Below, one piece after another: positions 11,401 to 23,400 of a stretch of 64,000 bases of DNA (the first letter of the stretch is position 1; the number at the start of each line of letters is the position of its first letter). The notes beneath the pieces are model-generated. The model worked only from the letters and a program-made list of their open reading frames with translations. It did not search any database and was not told the origin of the DNA. The stretch is from Octopus sinensis (lineage: Eukaryota), in contig NC_042997.1 of the NCBI RefSeq assembly GCF_006345805.1, positions 146,940,001 to 147,004,000 on the forward strand, in the 5' to 3' direction. The position numbers were made by a program, and so were the translations under genes.

Positions 11401-14400
11401 TGCCTATGGCTTTCTAACCACAAAGCTACATTTGAAATAAAATTGAAAAGTTAGACGATGGTGTTGTAGGTGCTAAGAACTACACTCAAAATGAGAAACA
11501 AATATAGAGACTGACAAAGAGAAACAACTCACTAGACTGTTAAAAAATATAATATTACAAGGTATTTTGCCTACCATTCCACTTAGCAAATAACATAATG
11601 AAGATAAAGTGTTTTTCTCTTATTGGCACAAATCTATAAATTTATGAGGATAAGGGTATAATCTTTGAACTGATCTTGTCAATGATTTAAAAACAAAAAT
11701 AAATCCTACTTTTTCTTCATGTTTTCTGATGGAGGATACAGCTTTGGCCTCTGTCAAGTCCCACAAACCAACAGTAAAATCTGCAGATGCACTGGCCAGA
11801 ACATTTCTGGAAAAATAAAAAGGCTGGTACCATTAAGAAACATATAGTTTATACAGCATTAAATAAAAACAACTATAATTGAATATAATAATAAAAGCAA
11901 GTTAGTGGTTTAACAAAATCATATGAGAATGTTACATAGAAAGGTTTATTGTGTTTGTTCTGGTCTCTGTTTTCCATGTTCAAATTCCACTGAGGTCAAC
12001 TTCGTCTTTCATCATCATCATTCAATGTCTGTTTTCCATGCTGGCATGGGTTGGACAGTCTGACATGGAGCTGGCCAGCTGGGTAGCTGTCCAAACTACA
12101 ATTGTCTGTCGTGACATGGTTTCTTATTTCTTTATTGCCCACAAGGGGCTAAACATAGAGGAGACAAACAAGGACAGATAAGGAGATTAAGTTGATTACA
12201 TCGACCCCAGTGCGTAACTGGTACTTAATTTATCAACCCCCAAAAGGATGAAAGGCAAAGTCGACCTCGGTGGAATTTGAACTCAGAATATAACGGCATA
12301 TGAAATACCTATTTCTTTACTACCCACAAGAGGCTAAACACAGAGAGGACAAACAAGGACAGACAAACAGATTAAGTCGATTATATCGACCCCAGTGCGT
12401 AACTCGTACTTATTTAATCGATCCTGAAAGGATGAAAGGCAGGGTTGGCCTTGGTGGAATTTGAACTCAGAACGTAACGGCAGACAAAATACTGCTAAGC
12501 ATTTCGCCCTTTGGGCTAACGTTTCTGCCAGCTCACCTGTTGTGACATGGTTTCTATGACTGGATGCCCTTCCTAGTGCCAACCACTTCACAATGTGCTG
12601 GGTGCTTTTCATGTGCCACCAGCCTGAGTGCATTGTACATGGTACTGGCACCTGTAAAGGACAAGCCAGTATGTATCATTTACTTGTTTCAGTCGCTGGA
12701 CTGCAATCTTGCAGGTTGCATTGCCTTTAAGAATCTTAGTTGAACAAATTGCCCACAGTATTTATGTTTTTTTTAAGTCTGGCATTTACTGTATCAGTTT
12801 CTTTTGCTGTATTACTGTGTTACAGCCAAGTTCTCTATTGGTTATGATGACGAGTGTTCCAGTTGATCCAATCAATAGAACAGCCTGCTCATGAAATTAA
12901 TGTGCAAGTGGCTGAACACTTCACAGACACGTGTGCCCTTAATTTAGTTCTCAGGGAGATTTGGTGTGACACAAAAGAATATGATAAGGCTGGACCTTTG
13001 AAATAGAGGCACGGCTTAATTTTTCCAGCTTAGTTGACTGGACCAATGTGAAATCAAATGTCTTAGGACACAATGCACCACTGGGAATGGAATTGATAGC
13101 CTTCCAATTGCAAGTCATACATCTTAAACCCTATGTCATGTGCCTTCACTTGAACTGCTAAGTTACAAGGCTGTTAAAAGCCAACACTGGTTGTCAAGCA
13201 TTGGGTAAGGAGGCAGTGCAACAAACACAGACACAAAGATTCACACATATGTATATAAACATACACACACACACAATGGGCTTCCACATAGTTTCCATCT
13301 ACCAAATCTACTCACAAGACACTGCCCAGCCCAGGGCTACAGTAAAAGACACAAGGACTGACCCTGAAATCATATGGTTGCAAAGTGAGCTTTTCAACCA
13401 CACAGCCATGGTCAACTAAGAAGTACCAGCCTAGGGTTGTAGATTGGCAGAACTATCAGAAGGTTGGTGATGTCTTGTGGTAATCTATTCTGGCCCATTG
13501 TTTTATAACCTCACAAAAACTGGGAGGATTAAAAATAACAAAGTGGGCTCTACATCAGTGGCTCTCAACCATTTTGTACTTACGGACACCTTTGGTTCCT
13601 ATTTTGCTCTACTGGACCTCTATAGCCGTTTGAGGTTCAAGAAAAAAAATCTTACTGTATTTTTATAATTAAATATTCATAGGAAATGTATATAAAGAAT
13701 TGTTAAAATATTCCATAGAATTATAACTAAATTATTCTGTTATTTGTTTTAGTCATTTGACTGCGGCCATGCTGGAGCACTGCCTTTAGTCAAACAAATC
13801 GACCCCAGGACTTATTTTTGTAAGCCTAGTACTTATTCCATCGGTCTCTTTTGCTGAACCACTAAGTTACGATGACCTAAACACACCAACATCTGTTGCC
13901 AAGCGAAGGTGGGGGGACAAACACACACACATATATGTATATACACAAAGTATGGGGGTTTAGTCCACAGGTGATCTAAACGATTAGGTACGCTAGGTAA
14001 GTGCTGTAAAGGTTATAGCCGAGACGGTAGTTATAGAGCCATTGCAGATTTCCGATGCAGTGGATATATAATTGTTAAACAGGACAGCAAACATCTCAAG
14101 TTGTAAAAATATTGTATACGACTTGAGATGATTGCTTTGCTGACCTGATTAACAATTATATAAATATACACACATATATACAATGGGCTTCTTTTGGTTT
14201 CTGTCTATCAAATCCACTCACAAGGCTTTGTTTGGCCCAAGGCTATAGTTGAAGACACTTACCCAAGGTGCCACGCAGTGGGGACTGAACCTGGAACCAT
14301 GTGGTTAGGAAGCAAGCTTCTTACCACACAGCCACTTTAACAAATTCTTATATGGACCCCACCAAGGGTCATATGGATCCTGTTCGAGAACCATTGCTCT

Positions 14401-17400
14401 ACATGGTTGCTCAATCTCCTAGAAATAGCAGCAAAACTATCCTTGACTTTAATATTTTAATAAAAGGACACAGATGTCCTTAAAAGATAGGAAGGTCTAA
14501 GTTGGAATACCTTTGATAAAAGTTATGCTCAACCATGGTTACCCCACAGTAGAAAACAAAAAGACATATATTATAAACACACACATGTATAAAAGATGTA
14601 TATATTATAAACATATAAATTATATTTACAGACCTGCTTTGTCGATTCCATGCTAAATCTAGAACTGCATCAGAATGTCCCAGCACAGAACCTTTCTGGA
14701 AATATAAATATAAAAAGGAATCTCTTCATGTAAGAGCTATGATGATGTATATTTGAAATGAAGATTGATATATTAGATTTGACTTAATTGCTATTACTTC
14801 TAACTGTACACAAATAAATATAAAACATGGTTGTGAAACATGGCCTATGAAGGTAGTCGATCAGCGAAAGCTGGAGGTGTTTGACAATGACTGTATCCAC
14901 CGCATTGATCAGGTTCCTACAGCCGGTCTTTGTCATCGACTTAATCTCCGGGCCCTCCATTCGGTGCTTCTACAATAGCGCTTAAGGTGGTTCGGTCATG
15001 CTGCCCGGCGTCCAGAGGGTGAGCTGATTCGCGATGTCTGCCTCCTACCTCCACTTCCCAGCTGGCGCAAACGCACGGGCGCACAGCTGAAGACCTGGGC
15101 AACGACGATAAAGGAGGAGCTCTCCGAACTCTCAGGTTCGCAGATGGAACTGCGACAGGCTTGCTATCTCCAGTGACCTCACACAGGACTGTTGAGCATG
15201 GGCTGCCATGGTTTGTGATGCCATTAGGACCAGAGAAGAAGCCGGCTCAACCTGCCCTGGGTGAACGCCGTCACAAGTAAGTAGTAAATAAATCTAAAAC
15301 ATAGACAAAATTAGGTATGGTTTCTATGGCTGGATCACCTTCCTACCAACTGAGAATACTGGGTGTTCTTGTAATGGTACTAGAGAGATTGCTATGCTTT
15401 CTGAAAGACTAAAGCATCCTCTTAATCCTATGTTGTTTCTACTCAGGTAAAAAAAATAAATAAAAATTGTCTTCTGCAGCTAATTGCTTTTGTTTGCCAT
15501 AATCATGAGTTCCCTTTTCCCTTGTTTCATTAACAAAAATAGTCATTAATGCTAAAGATTTCATTTCACTAAGCTCATTAATCTAGTATATTAATTTGCT
15601 TTTAAATATAGCTACATCTAATGCAGTTACCCCTCCTTCTCTCACCATCCCTACTGTTTCACCTTCATACAAACTCTTTTCTACGTTTCTTCCTAGAACT
15701 TGTGCCTTCTAGAAATTTCACCTGTCTGTATATTTTGTATGGGCATTAACCACCAGAAGTTCAAGATGAACAACAACCAAATGAATTTAATGGGAGAGAA
15801 TTTTGGATGAAATAACTGTGATTTGCATTATAAAAAAAAAAAGAAGCCAGACATACCTTCTTGCTTTTCTTCTTACTTTGCTTGGTGCCAAGGGTGAAAA
15901 CTGGCTCAAGACTGTCAATCAAGTCAAGATCCCAAATATCAATAGTTGGATTCATGGAACCAAGGGCTACATAATTACCTGACAACAGAAAACATTAAAC
16001 ATGATAAAAACACTGTAAACCAAACTGTTTCAATTTTCATGTTTCTCCTGTAACTCAGTCTCAGGTCCCTACAGTCTATCTCTCAGTAAACCAAACTGTC
16101 TCAGGGACCTGTCTAACACTTTTATAAACTTTACTGCCTCAAGCTTTGACATGTGTTTATCTGATGCCAGTAAACCAAACATTTAAGTTTTCTTCAATCT
16201 ATGAATCTATATCTACACCAGACTACAAATAACCCAGCTTTCACTGCAGAATCAGATTAACTTCCAGGAATTCCAAGATGTATGTAGGTTACACACTAGA
16301 GATTAATAAAGAAGATGGAGTGTACCAAAAAGCAATTTATTGTCACAACAATTGTTTCGTCTTCAAAATGCACTGGTCTTTAGTGGGCGTGGAATGATGC
16401 AATGCACAGTGCAGAGAAGACTCTTCAGGTGTATAATATGCTTTTAAGTGTAGAGATTTACACATCAGTTTCGCTGTATTGAGAGATTCTGTCAGTTCAG
16501 GTGGATGAGTATTTTTTTTTAAAACATCTACCTGAAATGTAAATCTCTGCGTAAATCTTATACACCTGAAGAGTCTTCTTTGCACTGTACATTGCATCAT
16601 TCCACGCCCACTAAGGAGCAGTGCATCATGAAGACCAAACAATTGATGTGACAATAAATTGCTTTCTGGTACACTTTGTCTTCTCTATTAATCTTTAATA
16701 TATATATATATACTGTATTTTAACGCATGCGTGTATGTATATATATATATATATGTATAGTACAAAGTAAGATAGGGGTTATGGGTGTAATTTATATTAT
16801 GACTTTTATAATTTGTATTCTTATCTTATATCTTATATGTATTGAATTATAAGATATATATGTATGCTATTGATGTTCTCATTTTGTTAAATGAATAAAT
16901 AATCCAACATTATAATATCCGAAAGTTGATGAACGAACTAAATTTGTTTCTCCATTTTCTTATTTGTATTATATATACACACACACATTGTATTTTAACA
17001 CGTATAAGGAACTTCCTAATGTTCTGGGCTTGCAATTTGGAAAAACGGTTTTCTAAGGGATTATAATACTATCTATGTATAAGAAACTTCCGTATTTTTT
17101 TAGCCTAATTTTTGACAAAAAAGGGTTCCTTATACATGTTAAAATACAGTATATAAATAAATGGAAGCTACAAAAAGACACATGTAGTACAGTACATTAA
17201 GAGAAACACCATACTAACCTGTTTCTTCAGTAGGATCATAATCCAGCCATTCTACGGCCAGGGGGAAAGAAGGCAGTATGATATCATGATGGACAAATAA
17301 ATTACTGTCAGGTTCATCATAGACTGGAAAGAAATAAAGCAAGGAATTTATATAAGACTAGCAGTATCGCCCGGCGTTGCTCGGGTTTGCAAGGGAAATA

Positions 17401-20400
17401 ACTATATAAGCATTTTTAGAGATGTAAAGTATAATAGCCATCTCAATATGGCTAACCGCAAAGGGGGGGGGGTGTTACTGTAGCTTTTTACGTTCTGAGA
17501 TTTAATAATACATTTTTAGAGAGTTACTTCCCTTATATATGCCAAAAATGCATTAAAAATGGGAAAAAATTATGGTAAATTTTTTTAAAAATCGTAGACT
17601 CATGCTCGATATGAATCACGACTATAAGATACCCACTTTTGGTTAACCTGCACCGCAAAATGTGGGAGTAGTTAGGAATCTAAATTGTAGGAGACAGACA
17701 CCACACAACCTCACTTTTATATATATAGATGAATCATAATTACCACACTCACACACACACATGAACATCATCATAATGTGTTTTCCATGTTGGCATGGGC
17801 TGGACGGTTTGACCAGAGCTGGCAAGGCCAAGGGCTGCATCAGGCTCCATTGTCTGTTCAGACATGGTTTCTATGGCTGGATGTCCTTCCTAACACCAAC
17901 CATCCCACAGAGTGTACCGAGTGCTTTTGATGTGGCACCAGCACAATATGAGCTGGCAGAAACATTAGCACGCCGGGCGAAATTCGTAGCCGTATTTCGT
18001 CTGTCGTTGCGTTCCGAGTTCAAATTCCGCCGAGGTCGACTTTGCCTTTCATCCTTTCGGGGTCGATAAATTAAGTACCAGTTACGCACTGGGGTCAATG
18101 TAATCGACTTAATCCCTTTGTCTGTCCTTGTTTGTCCCCTCTGTGTTTAGCCCCTTGTGGGTAATAAAGAAATATATATATACATACACACATTCACTCA
18201 GGTCCACAATTGTAAATTTATCTAACATGGTTAGGAACAATTTTTCATTCTGACAAAATCTCTCAATGGTATTGTTTCATATTTATGCACTACAGCATCA
18301 TATTGATACACACAAACCAATTCACCATCACGCTCTCCATAAGGAGATATATTTAATTTTTGTCTATGAATTCTTGTATATTAGGTAAAAAAAAAAGTTA
18401 AAAACCATATATATAAACATAAGTGATGTGCTCCTTACAGTTTCTGTCTACCAAACATTCAAGGTATTGGTGGCTGTCACCTTAGGGTTAAAGTAGAAGA
18501 CACTCAAAACCACACAGCCACGCCTGGACATATATATATGTATATATTTGCTGTTTTCCCTGTGATTACTCTCACCAACTCTTGAATAATGTGAGAAGCC
18601 ATGCACCCACTCTACAGTAAGAAACTTGTTCTGCAGCCTTCTTTCATATTAACCTCTTATCGCATAACATAAAGCCACCTCCCTCTTCACTATAGTTCCA
18701 CTCCATTGAGAGGAATCTTAGTCTTGTGAGTTACATAGCGACCTCATTAGGGTTAGGACCATAAAAAAGAGCACCCAGTCATGGAAACTAGGCCGAAGCA
18801 GACATTGGAGCACAAGAGAGTCCTTGATCCTGTCAAATGCCTAACCCATACCATTTGGAAGACAGATATGAAATGATGATCAACATCATTTAACGTTCGT
18901 TTTCGATGCTAGCATGGGTGGGATCGTTTGACTAGAGCTGGCAAGCTGTACCAGGTTCCAGTCTGATTTGGCTTGGTTTCCATAGCTTGATGCCCTTCCT
19001 AATGCCAATCACCTCAGAGAGTGTGCTGGGCATTTTTTATATAGCACTGGATACACACACACAAATAGTTAGGCTTTCCAGAAAGTGTTGAGCAGCATTA
19101 TTAAGCAGATTAAAAAATAGTATCAAATCTAATTACCATAAACTTCGAGTAAGCTGGCATCTTTTATTGTTCGTGCAACAGCGATAAGGTTGTCTGATGG
19201 CTTTATCATCACATTTTCGTCATCACTGTCAGGCTTAAAAAGAAAAATGCAGAACAAATCAATTCATACTATTTCCTTCAAGAGTATATGGATTACAAAC
19301 GAAGTTTTTGCTGTGTAACAATTGTCCTTAACATTTACATGGGTTCAGGAACAACCAACATGATAAGACATATATATATATATATATAGAATAACAGGCA
19401 TGTGCTGTCAGTAAGCAGTTAGTGACCTTTATACAGAGACATAAACTCAGATCACTGGATTCAGAATCCAGAGTGCTAACCATTCGGCATAAAGCTGTAA
19501 ATCTTTACACAACCCAACCCAGGAAGAAACCTTTGTGTGATTGGGGAGAAGAAAGCTTCAGAGGATTGGAAATGAAAGCTGCATATACTGTAGAAAGAAT
19601 GTTTCACATGAACAAAAAAAGGGAACTTTATAACACATCATGGAACAATTAAAAAACACTTGCAACAACAATTAGTGTTACGAAAAGGCTCAATATAGAA
19701 TGCTGTCTGTAGTTATAATAACATAAGCTGTTTAAGTTCTTTGTTTCCATAAACATGCCTAAATTATCAATACTTCAGTATCAACATTGTGACATATGTA
19801 TGCATCACACATTGTATTTCTAGTATGGGAGGTATATAATGTCTTGAAGTAAGAAAATAGCATATTCCCTGGTCAGTAAACTTCTGTCAAGTTAGGCAGA
19901 ACAGCTGAAGATTTAGTAGCAACCCCATCAAGCTTAAATGGATAAAAGTTCAAAGAGTACATAAATATCTGCTCTCCAACTAAGAACCAATTTAATAAGA
20001 CATAAACATGTCCAGAGTATTGGATTATATAACATGTAATTAAATTTTTCTCCAAGATTATATTCCAGGTTTCCTAACCAACAAAGATTGCTGGTTTACT
20101 GAGGTATAACAGCTTTAACACATTCAACAACGACAAGAAATGTTAAGCCAGGATGGGAGCCTCTGTGGTATTAGAGAGTGGCTTGACATGCAAGAAACAG
20201 CAGCCAAACATCTTTCACATTATATTGTACTGCTTTTTAAAAAAAAATGTAGATCCTGATATACAAAAGGTTGGTTGAAGTTGGAATGTCTTTGTTGTGT
20301 CGACATCCCCAGATGATGAAGTAGGCTAGCCCAATATGTAGATACAGAGGGAGAAGTCTAAACATCAAGGAGTTGAGTAGAGGTCATCTGAACATGTGGT

Positions 20401-23400
20401 ATAACAGTGGATCTCATCCTCGTCGCCACTGTTATATTGCACATTCGGATGACCTCTACTTAACTCCTCGATGTCTAGACTTCTCCCTTTATATCTACCT
20501 ATTGGGCTAGCCTACTTCATCATCTGGGGGCATCGACACAACAGTTCCCTTGAGCAAGGCCAAATCAGGGCTATACAAACACAATAAGAAATGCAACTCC
20601 ATTTAATTAATGTAAAATTGAAATAACAGTCATAAAGCATCAACATCACTTTATCTCTCTTCTGCATTCTCAGACAAAGAATGAGGGCCCAGAATGGTAG
20701 ATTCTCCACTCCTTGCAGAAATTGAACTCCTCTATGAAATAATTGTTTCTAATTTAGACCATCATCATCTTCCTTCGAAAACACATTTTTTTTACTTATT
20801 CCATCAAGCCAAGTGAAATTGTAGTCATGACAGATACTGGTGTCATACAACTGGAACATAAAAGCATCCATTACACTCTCAGAGTGGTTGGCATTAAGAA
20901 GGGCATCCAACCATGGAAACCATACCTAATCAGACTGGAGTTTGGTACAGTGCCTCAGCTTACCAGCCCTGGTCAAACCATCCAACCCATGCCATCATGG
21001 ACAACAGATGTTAAATGACGATGATGATAATGATGTAAATTTGTTGAACATGAAAACTAACCTCATCATGATCATTGATGTAAGGATCTTCCTTATTGTC
21101 AGCGAAATACACCAGATTACCAATACCACTGTGGAAATTGAACTCTATCAGAAAAAGATACGAAAAATGGCAAGAATTGAAAAAAAATAACATTAAAAAA
21201 ATTTAATTTGAAAAGTAAATAACAAAACAAAAAAATGATGACTAAAATGTTTGAAGCAAAGACTGTGTTTCAGGAAACAAGAAGAAAATGTCGATCACAG
21301 GGGAGTTAGCATAAGGAACCCATGACAAGGTTACTCAACTTGGTAGATAAAAACAGCAGCTAAATCTCCCTCAAATCAATATGCTTATATATTAAATAAA
21401 GAAATGATATATTTGGTAATGTCATGATAAAAAAACCCCCAGAAAACCCAAAACCTAGGATGGTTGTATGGTTAAGAAGTTCATTACTTAACCACATGTT
21501 TTAAGGTTCTGTCCAACTGCATGGCAAGCAACTGACTTCTGCAGGAGCATCAGGATGACCAAAGCCTTGTGAGTGGATTTGGTAGATGGAAAATGAAAGA
21601 AGCCAATTGTATGTGTTTGTGCTTTCTAAATTTGACAGATGTATGCAAGTATTACAAACAATATCCTTTATTATATGTCCAATCAAGCAGAAATACCATT
21701 TTGCTTGAAAACAAGTTAATGTTGGTGACAGGCCATAGAAAATCTGCCTCAACAAATTCCATCTGATTCACATAAACATAGGAAAATAAATATTAGAATT
21801 GATGATAGTCATGGAATGCTTTTGATTGATCAATCAAAGTTAACTTCAGGTTAAGCAACAACAGCAACAGTCTACACAAGCTTTCTATTTTCCTTTTAAC
21901 ATCTTACTATTGTTGAGTTTTCAATGAAAGTTCTATCTATAAGTACTATATTGAGGATAAATTAACGAGCCAGAGGCTATTCTTTCTCACTCTTTTTTCT
22001 GAATTTTTTTTTTTTTTTTTTTTTTACAATTTTGTCAAAGGAGGGTCTGCAACACTTATAATTTATATAGGTTGTTGTGTTAGTTCTAACTGAGTAGTCC
22101 TATGAACAAAAGTAATCCAGACATGAAAATCCCATATTTTTGTATACCAGAGACTTACATTATCTAATGTGCTTTTCCTTTCGTACAATGAAAGGGTATG
22201 ATGTGATAGAGATTTAGCTACTATTTCTACCAAGTCGAGTGACTGTGTGGAACAGTGGTTCTTAATCTTTTTGATTCCATTGCAGACTGAAGTGAAACAT
22301 TATACATGCATTTCAAAACGAAAGTTAAAAAACTGTTTTAATCCTCACTGCACTGATTAAATTTTTGTGTACTATGTTATACGAAATGTGGAGAATTCCA
22401 GGTAGTACCCCACTATCAAAAATGAGCTAACTCTGTTCCTGCATTTCAAGCGCACATGCAAAGAACCAAATGTACTTGGTTCTCGTGCAGCAAGGGTTAA
22501 GGTAACTCTTTAGCATTTATACTGGACATAGCTGGCCCTAATATTCAACCTGTTTCATGTTCAGGCTAGCAAGATTTGGCCTCTTACACCTATCATACAA
22601 TGCCACTTGAAAAATAAACAACCAAATATCATTGAAATTTTGAAGCTACAAAATACTGCATCGATTAATTCAAAATAATGTGAATAAAAAATCATTATAT
22701 TTGACAATGAAATCTGAATGTGAAAGGGTTTCAAAATTCAGAAAAAAACCCCCAAAAAGCAACTATTGCTTATCTTGTTAGTATGATGGGTAAAATGCTT
22801 AGAGGCATTTTATCCACCTTTACATTGAGTTTGAATTCCACCAAGGGCGACTTTGTCTTCCATCCTTTTCGGGTTAATAAAATAAATACCTATTTCTTTA
22901 TTACCCACAAGGGGGCTAAACACAGAGCGGACAAACAAGGACAGACATAGGTATTAAGTCAATTACATCGACCCCAGTGCGTAACTGGTACTTAATTTAT
23001 CGACCCTGAAAGGATGAAAGGCAAAGTCGACCTCGGCGGAATTTGAACTCACAACGTAACGCAGACGAAATACCGCTAAGCATTTCGCCCGGCGTGCTAA
23101 CGTTTCTGCCAGCTCGCCACCTTAATAGATACCGATTGAGCACTGAAGTTGATGTAATCAACTTAGGCCCTTCCCTGAAACTGTTGGTCTTGTGCCAAAA
23201 TTTGAAGCCAATATTAATTATCAATAACAAATTTCTTAAGACTGTCATTAGTATGGATTTTGCAAAATCCTTAAAAGAAAAGTTATGAATAATTTAGTTC
23301 TCTGACCTTCATCATCATAATCTTCCAGTCCATATTTCTCAACAATGTCGTCATCGTCATCATCTACAAGATCCTCTTCATGTTTCCTTTTGCCTGGAAC

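Noticed and set aside
17761-18098. Recurrent ORFs containing [20 protein letters not shown] or [18 protein letters not shown]
   Set aside because: They are chance frames through family B SINE copies on either strand.
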